DNA from: Minisyncoccota bacterium
GTDB taxonomy: Bacteria > Patescibacteriota > Minisyncoccia > Phycocordibacterales > UBA1006
NCBI GenBank assembly: GCA_036405175.1
Contig: DASWYC010000002.1
Location: 467,714-531,713, forward strand
Length of the DNA: 64,000 bases
Direction: 5' to 3'
Positions 47,845 to 58,334 of the stretch are shown piece after piece. The notes beneath the pieces are model-generated. The model made no database searches, was not told the DNA's origin, and saw only the letters and a program-made list of their open reading frames with translations. The position numbers were made by a program, and so were the translations under genes. The first letter of the stretch is position 1, and every line of letters starts with the position of its first letter.

Positions 47845-48687
47845 TTAGCCCAAAATACCCACGATCACAACACCAACAAATGCAATAATGAGCGATGGCC
47901 CAAACGGAATTACCTGCCCTCGCTTAAGTTTAAATGTTTTATGAGTGCGATAGTTTTCAACGAATGCCCACAGTAGTCCAATAATAGACGCTCCAAAAAG
48001 TGTCATCATCAAGAAGAAGAGACTCTGTTCAAAGAAAAACTTCGGCACACAATTTTTACAAAAATTTGCGAATGATAGCAATGGGAATACCAACATACCC
48101 ATAGCTCCCATTAAGATACCGTCACCATACCCCATCCATCGCTCCCTAGAGCCGATTGAAATAAGTACGAGCGGCATTGCCCACAACAATCCACTGCCAA
48201 GAATATATTTAATAAATATCAAAAATGGCGCTGCTTGAGGATTAATAAGAATAAATACCAGGATTATGGTAATAAGAACAACTGCATACAGCCATGCTAA
48301 TAATACATTTGGAAATACATAGTGGCGCGCATCAATAAGTGCCAAGAGCATAAAAAGACTTAAAATAGTACTTCCCACCAAAGCCCACACCGCTGCGTTC
48401 ATAGTAATGCCCATGAATCCAACAATGGTATAGATCATCAAAGAAAACACGAGTGCAAAACCAGCTTCAATAGCAATGTATGACCCTGAGCCTCTTATCT
48501 TGCATGTCTTACACCCAATAAACGCCCCAACAAATGGGATGAGTGAAGCTACTTCTAGCGGCTTTCCGCAATTATCACACTGCGAACGACCATGCATGGT
48601 TTTTACCCCAAACCGATCTGCAAAGCACATAAGAAAACTCGCCAATGTTCCCCCTAATAAAATAACAAGCATGACGAATATGATCAT
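47845..48687 (-). CDS. pilD: prepilin peptidase / N-methyltransferase (A24 family)
   Basis: N-terminal CxxC...CxxC zinc-binding motif (CFADRF...CDNCGKPL...CKTC), polytopic membrane domain, acidic residues of A24 peptidases. Confidence 0.85.
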   Translation of the reverse strand: MIIFVMLVILLGGTLASFLMCFADRFGVKTMHGRSQCDNCGKPLEVASLIPFVGAFIGCKTCKIRGSGSYIAIEAGFALVFSLMIYTIVGFMGITMNAAVWALVGSTILSLFMLLALIDARHYVFPNVLLAWLYAVVLITIILVFILINPQAAPFLIFIKYILGSGLLWAMPLVLISIGSRERWMGYGDGILMGAMGMLVFPLLSFANFCKNCVPKFFFEQSLFFLMMTLFGASIIGLLWAFVENYRTHKTFKLKRGQVIPFGPSLIIAFVGVVIVGILG

Positions 48688-48720
48688 ACTTGTTATTATA
48701 CGCTACTATTTTTCTATTTT

Positions 48721-50781
48721 TTAGTGAGGCATTTTAGTTCCATCAGCCTTGAGCATCACCGTATATCCTTGCTGTTGTCCATCCCAGTTACTAAACTCTC
48801 CAACCACAAAGAGTGAACCATCTGAATTCTCTGAAACAGAGCGGACAATGCGTGTTCCCAAAGCACCACTTGGACTGGTTCCATACTTAGATGGACGATA
48901 CTTGTTTAACTCAACAATTCCGTTACCTGCGTTGAATGTTGTATCAAGTGCTCCAGCTGCTGTAATACGAATTATATTATTCACACTTGTTGTGTTATAT
49001 TTATTAACATCACCAAATACCAATATCTTTCCAGATGAGAGCTTAATCATATACGCACCATATCCTGCTTCGATCTTGAGACTTCCACTATTAAATGTGG
49101 CGTCAGTTGTTCCATTGCTGTTAAGGCGCATGATATTTTTATAATTGTTATTTGATGAAGTAAATTGTCCTGAGATATATATCTTGCCATCAATTTCAAT
49201 AATTGATTGAATCCATGCAAAGTTATTAAATTGACTACGTGAAACACGGAATGAAGTATCAACGGTTCCATCACTGTTGAGGCGTGCCATTACTGACTCT
49301 CCTGGTGTTATATTTTTAATATCAAAGTCACCACTTGTAGAACTTGCTCCTGTTGCAGCATAGATTTTACCATCTGAAGCTTTCATAAGAGGCGCAACCC
49401 ATCCACCTCCGCCCCATACAAGTTGGTCACTGCTAATCTGATTTGATGCCATGGTTCCATCAGAGTTCAAAATAACAATTCCACTAAGAACATCTTGTCC
49501 TGATGATTTAGTATTGTCATCCCATTTCTTAAAGCGTCCACTTACCCAAATCTTTCCAGCTGATTCAATACTTGAAGCAGTACCACAATACGGTGCACCA
49601 AGGCCACACATAAGTCCATCATCAAGTTTGGTCATGAATGCACTATCAAGTGTTCCATTTGAGTTGAGCATGATGAGTCCTTTACCATCTACGCGAAGAT
49701 CGTTATACGTAGTTTCTGCAGAATCATCAAAGCCTGAACCAAGTACTAAGATCTTACCAGTACTCAACACATTAACTCCCGCAGTACCAGCACCTCCTCC
49801 TTGAGTGAAGAATGGTTCTGCATCAGTATCAGGATTAGAACTGCCGTTTTCATTTGCACCCTTAAGACCGTTGAGTGCTCCGGTGGTTTGGAATGTGGTA
49901 TCAAGCTCTCCTTTTTGATTAATACGTGCAAGCTTCCATACGGTGGTAGTGTCGTACATATTAAAGCTTCCTCCTACCACATATTTGCCGTCTTGCTGCA
50001 CATCCGCAGTTCTTACAATGTAGTTAAATGGTGCGAAGTGATTGCTTGGTCCACAAACGTCACCCACTGATCCGTCTTTGTCACACGCATCACAAGGATC
50101 TTGTTCGTTAGGAATTCCGTCATCATCGCAATCGGTATCACAATCGTCCCACTGGGTGGTGGGATTATCGATACAAATATTACAATTTGCCTGTCCAGGA
50201 GTACATACCTGTCCCCCATCTTGACTAAATCCAGATCCAAGTTCATAAACCACCGTTGAGTTATCAGGATCACACTGCCAGTCATCAACTAAGTTGGTTG
50301 GTGAAATTTCACCGGCAAATCCGGTATAGTCCGTACAATACATGGTCACATTTGGTGACTTAGTTTCAATATCGGCAATAACAAACCATGCAGTTCCGTC
50401 ACTCTTTTCGTGACAGGTTACGGCATTGTCTTTTCCGATATCGGTATTTGATGCAACTTCTTTTACAAACGAATCACTTGCTGGATTATATGCAGCATAT
50501 GAAAGACGCTTGGTTACACTTTGTGCATCCTCAACAAATCCAACTGAACACAAATCATTTCGATATACTTTTGCGTTTGTTGAACCTCCAACGGTTGTTG
50601 GTGTTAATAATACTTCTGACTTCTGACGAAGTGCAGAAACGGTTTTAATAGCAGCTGCTTTTGCTGCACGCTGACGCGCTCCTGCCAATGAAGGAAGAAG
50701 TACGGTAGCAAGAATAATAATTACTGACAATGATATAAGTAGCTCGGGGAGCGTAAGTGCTTTAAGAGTACGATGATTCAT
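48721..50781 (-). CDS. large pilin-like adhesin: prepilin N-terminus + thrombospondin-type-3-like Ca-binding Asp/Cys motif + delta-60-like repeat (beta-propeller) domain
   Basis: KALTLPELLISLSVIIILA prepilin helix (A-1, E+5). DCDDDGIPNEQDPCDACDKDG resembles TSP3 DxDxDGxxDxxD. About 5 repeats of ..S/NDGT.DTSF.. / AAGALDTTFNAGNG resemble the delta-60 repeat. Confidence 0.55.
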   Translation of the reverse strand: MNHRTLKALTLPELLISLSVIIILATVLLPSLAGARQRAAKAAAIKTVSALRQKSEVLLTPTTVGGSTNAKVYRNDLCSVGFVEDAQSVTKRLSYAAYNPASDSFVKEVASNTDIGKDNAVTCHEKSDGTAWFVIADIETKSPNVTMYCTDYTGFAGEISPTNLVDDWQCDPDNSTVVYELGSGFSQDGGQVCTPGQANCNICIDNPTTQWDDCDTDCDDDGIPNEQDPCDACDKDGSVGDVCGPSNHFAPFNYIVRTADVQQDGKYVVGGSFNMYDTTTVWKLARINQKGELDTTFQTTGALNGLKGANENGSSNPDTDAEPFFTQGGGAGTAGVNVLSTGKILVLGSGFDDSAETTYNDLRVDGKGLIMLNSNGTLDSAFMTKLDDGLMCGLGAPYCGTASSIESAGKIWVSGRFKKWDDNTKSSGQDVLSGIVILNSDGTMASNQISSDQLVWGGGGWVAPLMKASDGKIYAATGASSTSGDFDIKNITPGESVMARLNSDGTVDTSFRVSRSQFNNFAWIQSIIEIDGKIYISGQFTSSNNNYKNIMRLNSNGTTDATFNSGSLKIEAGYGAYMIKLSSGKILVFGDVNKYNTTSVNNIIRITAAGALDTTFNAGNGIVELNKYRPSKYGTSPSGALGTRIVRSVSENSDGSLFVVGEFSNWDGQQQGYTVMLKADGTKMPH

Positions 50782-50853
50782 AGGTATACCCTTAATTGTA
50801 ATATGAAAATTTTATGAGATTAGATGTTATCCACTTATTAGTATCAACTAAAA

Positions 50854-51324
50854 TTACTGACATGAGTTTGCATCAATATTTGCATACCCTGTTGAAGGAA
50901 CTACAGCTGCAAATCCACCAGAGTCTACACAAAAAATTGAAACATTGCTTCCTGTGATATCAACATCCATTGCTGCAACAAAATTATCAGTACCAGAAGT
51001 ACAGAAGTTAGCACCATTCGTAGTCGCAACGGTAGCACTTGGAGCTGCAGCGGTTGAATATCCAAGTGTGGTTCTTGCCTTATCAAAGAGGTCGCGTACA
51101 CCATTTACTCCTGCAGTGGTACAAATGCTTGCAGGCAAATTACCGCTTATTGTTCTAAGACGTTCAGCTTCTGATCTAAGAGATGAGAGTGACGATGTTG
51201 CACTTGCACTTTTAGCCTTGTTACGTGCCCCAGACAATGACGCCAACGCAACAGATGCAAGAATACCAATAATTGCTACCACAACGAGAAGCTCGATGAG
51301 GGTGAATCCTTTTTTAGAGTGAAT
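50854..51324 (-). CDS. type IV pilin (PilA-like), paralog 1
   Basis: KKGFTLIELLVVVAIIGILASVALASLSGARNKA. The N-terminal coding 94 bp is identical to the paralog at 52004-52480; Cys pair in the C-terminal region. Confidence 0.7.
   Translation of the reverse strand: MHSKKGFTLIELLVVVAIIGILASVALASLSGARNKAKSASATSSLSSLRSEAERLRTISGNLPASICTTAGVNGVRDLFDKARTTLGYSTAAAPSATVATTNGANFCTSGTDNFVAAMDVDITGSNVSIFCVDSGGFAAVVPSTGYANIDANSCQ
51221..51314. repeat. 94-bp perfect direct repeat (copy A) within the pilin 5' coding region
   Basis: Identical to 52368-52461; encodes the conserved pilin N-terminal helix. Confidence 0.85.
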
Positions 51325-51401
51325 CATATAAATAGATGAGTTAGAGCTCATAAAGATACCTATGAAAGGTTGAATTTAGTATACCATGCCTCGTACGTGT
51401 T

Positions 51402-51968
51402 TTAATTGAATGGCACGTTACTTAAATCGAATACCCAATCTTGTGCTTGACCAGAACTGTCTCCTGTTTTTATAAATGGCTTTCCAAACATACACCCAGC
51501 ACTTCCCTGCGTACAGCTGGCACTCATAGTAGCGTTAACAACGGTCATACATGTGTTTGCGCTTCCACTAAATTGAATGATTCGGTCATCATCATGCTGA
51601 AGCTCACGCCCATCAGGACTTCCTAGCATTGTGCTTACTGAGTATGCTTCACAGGTGCTCGTATTTCCATCAAGATCAAATGCAATGTATGTCACCTGCG
51701 CCTTTTGATCAGTGCTAAAATTTTGAAATTGAACCAAATTTGAATCATTTAACGATGCTGGATATTTTCCGTATTTTGCTTTATATGATTCAACGTTACC
51801 CGTAATAGATCTTACAAGACTGGCTTTATTGGTGTCATCGCCTACGGTGCGACTTCGGCTTACCATTACGGTAATAATACCAATAAACACTCCAATGAGA
51901 CCTATCACCACAAGCAGTTCAATTAATGTGAATGCTTGTAGAGACGATCTATTAGAGTGTTTTTTCAT
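51402..51968 (-). CDS. type IV pilin-like protein
   Basis: LQAFTLIELLVVIGLIGVFIGI prepilin motif with A-1. Confidence 0.6.
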   Translation of the reverse strand: MKKHSNRSSLQAFTLIELLVVIGLIGVFIGIITVMVSRSRTVGDDTNKASLVRSITGNVESYKAKYGKYPASLNDSNLVQFQNFSTDQKAQVTYIAFDLDGNTSTCEAYSVSTMLGSPDGRELQHDDDRIIQFSGSANTCMTVVNATMSASCTQGSAGCMFGKPFIKTGDSSGQAQDWVFDLSNVPFN

Positions 51969-52003
51969 ACTATCTTTATTGTATATCAGAAATATACGAA
52001 AGC

Positions 52004-52480
52004 CTAGTTACATGCGGTAGAAGCAATAGCCGTTGAGGTGCTCTTAGCGTTTCCAGAGTCATCAACACAGAAGTAACTGGTTGCAGAAGTACTTGAGTCA
52101 AGGTCCATGATAACCGCAATGCTTGATGGTGATGTTGAAGCATTGATAGTACATACAACAGTGTTACCTGCACCAGTTCCTGTACCGTTGTTGGTGTTGG
52201 TCTTAGTATAGGTACCTCCTGCTGAAGTAACAGCCTTGTCAATCAAGGTAAAGATTGAACCTGCAGAACAAACAGTCGCAGGAAGAGAACCATCTGAACC
52301 GCGCAAAGTTTCAGCTTCTGCACGGATTGCAGAGATAGTTGATTGAGCACTTGCCTGACGTGCACGGTTACGTGCCCCAGACAATGACGCCAACGCAACA
52401 GATGCAAGAATACCAATAATTGCTACCACAACGAGAAGCTCGATGAGGGTGAATCCTTTTTGGGTTTGGGTGTTTTTCAT
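52004..52480 (-). CDS. type IV pilin (PilA-like), paralog 2
   Basis: TQKGFTLIELLVVVAIIGILASVALASLSGARNRA; divergent C-terminal domain with conserved Cys. Confidence 0.7.
   Translation of the reverse strand: MKNTQTQKGFTLIELLVVVAIIGILASVALASLSGARNRARQASAQSTISAIRAEAETLRGSDGSLPATVCSAGSIFTLIDKAVTSAGGTYTKTNTNNGTGTGAGNTVVCTINASTSPSSIAVIMDLDSSTSATSYFCVDDSGNAKSTSTAIASTACN
52368..52461. repeat. 94-bp perfect direct repeat (copy B) within the pilin 5' coding region
   Basis: Identical to 51221-51314. Confidence 0.85.
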
Positions 52481-52520
52481 ATTGATATCATTAGTATACA
52501 GAAAATTTTCTTCACAATCA

Positions 52521-52943
52521 TTACGCGGCTAGTTTTCCACTGTTTCCTGAGTCTTCTCCTATGCGATGTTCAGAGTTAAAGGTATTTTTACCATGAGCCT
52601 GATCCTCCTCTTCTCCGCCTTCGTCTTCAAATTCATCATCAAATCCTCCATCTTTATATGCAGATACGGCTTCCTTATAATTCTGAGCCGTTGTTTTAAG
52701 GAGTTCAATGTACTTAGGCAATTCAGCACTTAAACGCTTAAAGAGATCGTCTTCATCTTTTGCTTCTTCAGTAATTTGCTCAAAGAGATTTGCCTCTTCT
52801 TCACTTGCTTGCTCAAGAAACTTCTCAAGTGCTTCGTTATATACCGTAAACGCTATTTCTGGGAAAATTTCTTCTGCTTCATCTTTAGGAAATGCAGACA
52901 TTCCTGTGTGTTCGTAGATAAGATAATCAAGTGGTGAATTCAT
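52521..52943 (-). CDS. acidic hypothetical protein
   Basis: 140 aa, strongly D/E-rich (DEFEDEGGEEED), between the giant protein and the first pilin gene. Confidence 0.45.
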   Translation of the reverse strand: MNSPLDYLIYEHTGMSAFPKDEAEEIFPEIAFTVYNEALEKFLEQASEEEANLFEQITEEAKDEDDLFKRLSAELPKYIELLKTTAQNYKEAVSAYKDGGFDDEFEDEGGEEEDQAHGKNTFNSEHRIGEDSGNSGKLAA

Positions 52944-52960
52944 ATGAAATCAGTATATCA

Positions 52961-55900
52961 TTATTTCTTAAATTTAAGTCCACCACGTAAACGCACAAGA
53001 TCACGCAACTTTTTCTGCTGTTCCAGGAATGCTTCAAAACGGAACAAGCGCAACATATAGTTCTTAAGAGGTTCTCCCTTAAGTGGACGGATTCCCATTT
53101 TAAGACCCTTTCCATGCTCATTTACCATCAAAAACTCTGGTGGAATACCTGCGCGTACCAAATTAGCAGTTCCATTTCGAATCGATTCCACTGAACTTCC
53201 TGGTTCATATGCATAGGTGCTACTAATCAGACTGTGAACCTCTGGTGTAGATATCTCAATTGGTGAGTTCTGTAATTCAACCTTCATTGTTTCTGGATTT
53301 ACTACCAACTGATTAAATGGCTTTTGTGCACCCGGGAAATTTGGAACATTTTGAATATCTTTATTAAGATCAATGACCAACTGATTCACGCTGTAGAGCT
53401 TTGCATTGAGCTGGGTTTTTAATGAACGCTCTGCAGGGTTCAATGAGGCGACATCGCCTTTTACACGACCACCCTGGGCCAACATCTTTTCAACTGTTGG
53501 ATTAGTATCAAAGTATCCTGGGATTTTTTCATTGGGACCAATAATATTAACCTTCTCTTTCCCTACCATGCCGTCAAGCTTCATCCATGCATCAAGCTTT
53601 TCTTTGGCACCAAAGTCGTAATCCCCTTCTTTGATTATGCGAGGGTTATACATCTTGGTATAAATTTGATCCCATTCTAATTGAGTTTTTGGGAGACGCG
53701 TTGAAACACCAGGCGTACCAAGCATTTCATCTGGTGTAGTAATATGTCCAAAAATGTTATCAAGATACAATCCCCCTGTTCCTTTTTTAATATTTGCCAA
53801 CAATTCACCGGTAATTACTGGATCAGCATTTACCTCCATAAATTCACGAACAATCTGCTTGCGGAGTTCTGCATTATTTAATGTAAACAAAGTTGCATAT
53901 TGATCACCCTCAAGCGGCGGCTTGGTCCACATGCGTGAATACTTGGTAATACTATTGAGTGCCCCATTTTTATCAAGAGATCCAGAATACTGAACTCCAT
54001 TACTATCTAAACCGGCACGCACAATATTAGGATCAACAAAATACCCTTCTCGAGAACCTGAGTAAACAAGATTGCCAGGATTCAAAGGATCTTCAAGTTG
54101 AACAGCTTTAATTTGAGGATTATATGTTTCTGATCCAGTTCCAAAGCCATCGTCATCCGTAACAAATCTTGGACCACCCATACTATCAACGGTTCGATTA
54201 GTTATTACAGGGCTTGCAGCACTGGTATTTACTGTTCCAACGTCATCATCGGTAACCATCTCTACTTTTTCTGAAGATGGAGTTAGTATCTGATTCTGTC
54301 CAAATTTGTCCATTTCAAGCTCATTACTAAAATCATCTGAAATAATGCCAGCGTTATATGATGAAACTGGAGCCCTTTGAGACGCAATCATGTCTTGCAT
54401 TTCTTTATCTAATGCTTCTCGAGATGAAGAAATTCCCTGATCACTCATTGATGGAGGAGCAATTTCCTGATCATTGTTGTCAATAAAATTGCTTGCAGTT
54501 TTTGGAATAACCACATTATCAACCGGAGGTTTAAACTCTGGCTCAGGCGCCTGAGCAATATCATCATCTGTTACAAAACGAGGATTTTCCTGAGCGTCCA
54601 ATCCGCCAGCTGCCTCGGCAACATCTTTCGGCAATTTATTTTCAGCAATAATCTTCTCTGCTACTTCTCGTGCTTTTTCATCTACAGATCCAAGATCTTG
54701 AGCCTCAATCTTAAGACGATGTTGAGGAATAACCTTAGCCTCATATGGAACTTTATTATCAGGGTTACCTGGCTGAGTATTAAATAATTTATTTGGATCA
54801 ATTTGTTGAGTCTTAGGAGGCACTTCTTCTCCATGTGCCCCAAATACGTCGTGAGCAAGGCCCAATAATGCACCCAATGCAATAAATCCTGCTGATACTG
54901 ATGCTTGTTTTGCAGCTTTTTCTGCAACGTATTTTCGCTTAGCAGATTTAATTACCTCAACTTGAGCTTTAATTTTTCGGATGCGCTCTTCTTCTGCTGT
55001 TTCAGACTGAGCTGGACTAGTAATTGTTTCAACCTGAGCACGCTTATCTGAATACGTAGAAATTAAATATGCTGCACCCATCACCTTATTCAAGGTTAAA
55101 TATTCAGTTGCACGTTTACCTATTTCAGAATCCTCAAGTTCTGGATCAACGATTCTTCCATCTACTTGATTTTCAGAACTAAATGTTAACAGTCTATTCT
55201 TAAGAGCAATATTAGAAAGTTCATATAAATCCTGAATCTTTTTCTGGGCACGTGTTACATTAAAGTAATCATCTGGATCAATGTCATCATATTCTGCAAT
55301 TGCATTTCTGAGCTGTTCGATCATATCGCTTGCAGCTACATTCTCCTTCCGCATCGCCTCAATAACACCCTGTTCCCCCCTGTTCATAAGGCGACCATAC
55401 CAAGCAAATAGTCCCTTTTTATAGATCTTCTCTTCAGTACCTTTGATTGATGCTGATTCGCCCTTATACCCAGGAGCCTTCTCAAAATCCTTACCCATAC
55501 CAAGCATTTCATACGTACGCTTATGATTTAAACGTGCGTTCTCCTGAACAGATGCCAACGCAAAACGCACCACAGCACCAAGCCCCATAGTTGGTAACAA
55601 ATTAGTAAACGCCACCGCATGATCAACAGTCATACCAACAATTTTTCTACGCAAATACCCAAGAGACATTGAGGCACCCGCATATGCAGCTGATCGTCCA
55701 TACTTGCGCTCAACTTTCTTTTCATGATCAAGCTCAACCTCTACCATGCGCATAAAGTCACCTGCCGACTTTGAGGAAATAGCATTACTCATAATATCAG
55801 CTCGCAATGCATCAGGAACCTGCCCCTCCAAAGATTCAACAAGCTTTACCAACTCAAGCTCTTTAAAACTAATTTTCTCTCGCTCGGCAGTCTGAAATGG

Positions 55901-58292
55901 ATCATGTAAGCCAAAGAATTTTTTAACACCAGAAAATGTTTCTTTAATCTCTTTTCCAATCTTGGTGCGACCTTCTTCTGTTGTCACATTATTTAAAAGA
56001 TTCCCCGTTGCTTTAATTGGTACATTTACGATTGTTGAAACCGTGTCACCAAAATCCTGTTTACCAAGCTCTTTCCAAAAACTCTTCTTTCCCATTTTCT
56101 GTAAGAGTGAGTGTTCTTTAGGAGGACCAAGCTTAAGATAATCATCGGAGAGTTCGTTCAAAGAACCAATAATCTTGCTTCTCACTGACTCGTCCGCAAT
56201 TCCATCAAGAGAGTTTTCTAAATCTTCACGATCTGCAAAAGCATCACGCTTTGTATTAATATACGTATTTACAAGTTCCTTCATTTTATAGGTAAATTCA
56301 TCTTTCAATTTATCTTGTGCTTCCCCATCAAATTCTGCAATGGTTGTCTTTACTCCAACACCAAAAAAGCGTTTGGCCTTGGCAAGCTTACCGAGCATTT
56401 TAGGAACAAAAGTTCCATCTTGCATCTCACCAGCATATTTATTATTACGAAAATCAATTTCCTGTTCACGCTCAAAGGCTGTCTTCATTGAATACAAGAC
56501 TTTCTTAAGAATGAGTTCACGATGATTTGATGGAATATGTTCAAGGTCAGGAATTTCATCAAGTATTTCCTGTTGAGTAAATCCATACTTTTCATATGAT
56601 TCGGTAATATCAAACGTATGTTCCTCTTTTTTGAGCTCAGCTTTTTTAGGTTCAACCATTAGAGGAGTCTTTCTATCAAGAGGAACGGGCTCTTTATCAG
56701 TATCAGCCTCTTCATTTTCGTCCAACTTTGGAATCCCCATGTGATCAATTGGTTGAGCATATAGTTTACCTATTTTGTTTACAACCTTATTCAAGAAGCT
56801 CGGTTTTTTTTCTTCATCCTCTACATCATCTGTAAGTTTTAGATCCTCCTGCTTAATCTCTACCGAAAGTGGATACGGATTAGTACCAACAGGAGCAAAT
56901 GGCACATTCCCCATCTGGTTAAACATCCTATTTAAAAGACTTGGCTTCTGTTCACCTGCTTCTACTGGAATCTCTTCTTTTGGTTCAATAACATCGTCCG
57001 GTTGTGAGACTGAATAAGGAACATATCCCACAGGAGAAAATTCAACATTCCCCATTTGATTAAAGATCCTATTCATAAAACTTGGCTTTGACTCACCTAC
57101 CTCTAGCGGAACTTCTTCTTGCTGCAACACATCACCACCTGGCTCAAGTTCGCCACCTTCTGGAGATGGAGTAATAAGCATATGGTCCACAGGATATCCT
57201 GACATATCGCCCACCTTTTGCACCATCCTACCAATTCGCGTAGCATTTTGTTGTGCAATCTTTTTTTCTTTTTGTTTTTCTTGAAGCAGGCGTTCCTCTT
57301 CTGATCCAGGCTCTAAAAGATTATTGTTATCAGAATCATCCTCCATTACTACGTTTTCAATATTACCAGTGGTAAACGGTGCCATAGATCTATTGATTGA
57401 AACAAATGCATCCGTAATTGGCGTCGCTAGATTCATATGGATAAAACTAAAGAGATCCCTACCACTGTCAGGAATTGTATTTACCGTTAAACCGCCATTT
57501 TTATATTTTTCATAAAATTCTTCTAGCTTTTTCTGCTTTACAAAACCACTCTGGATTCCTAATTCCAAAAAAGATTTTGGAAAATTGAGGTCTTCGTAGA
57601 ATGCTAAAACATTCGGCGCAAGCTCGAGCTTCTTGCTTTCTTGTTCAACAGAAGCGCTAATTAGCTGAGAAAAGATACTTTCTCTTTTTGTTTTATTATC
57701 CTTAATATACTCATCAAAAATTACTGCCTCATCGGTAATATTGTATGCAACAAATACGCGCTTTAGATTTGAAGGTATCTCATCAGCCTTGTTCACATCT
57801 GTAACTTTTGCAGCTGACAATAAAAGCACCTTGCGAACTAAGTCTTTATTATTAATATCAATATACGACGCAAGCTTTTCAGCAAATAGATAGAATTCAG
57901 CGTTATTGTAATAATCTATACGAGAAGCGATCTGTTCAAAAGAAAGAGGGCTTTGGGTATTGTTAAGAACATTCTGCAGACTCGTTGCACACTCACTTTT
58001 TTCTGCCTTTGTTTTAGATTTGTACCCTACGAGTTTACTCAATAAGCGTGCCCACACAATAACTTCATCGTCAATTGATATATTATCTTGTTTTTTAAGT
58101 TCTTTTATAAACTTAAGCACACTTTTTGATTCCCATAATACATATTGTGTTTCTTTCAAAAAGGCATCCAGATAGACCCCATTCTCACTTTTTAATTTTT
58201 CAGCAAAAGCAACATCAAAAGGTTTAAATTCTTTTTCTGAATCCTTCCGAGACTCTTCTTGATTTTTTTGCGGACCATTCTCCAACGACATG
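52961..58292 (-). CDS. giant (about 1776 aa) multidomain protein of unknown function
   Basis: Continuous ORF. First ATG at 58292 is preceded by TATACT + 6 nt; the ORF track extends to TTG 58309. Internal 3x tandem repeat about 45 aa (KPSFMNRIFNQMGNVEFSPVGY / KPSLLNRMFNQMGNVPFAPVGT / KPSFLNKVVNKIGKLYAQPIDHMG). Duplicated PRFVTDDD motif, central hydrophobic segments, no N-terminal signal peptide. Confidence 0.7.
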
Positions 58293-58334
58293 TTCTTAGT
58301 ATACAACAATAACCATCTTAAAAGATGGTTATTG

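Noticed and set aside
52961-54300. ADP-ribosyltransferase (R-STS-ExE) reading of the giant protein C-terminal domain
   Set aside because: Only loose matches (SSTY, EFLMVNE) with wrong spacing; not supportable without a profile search.
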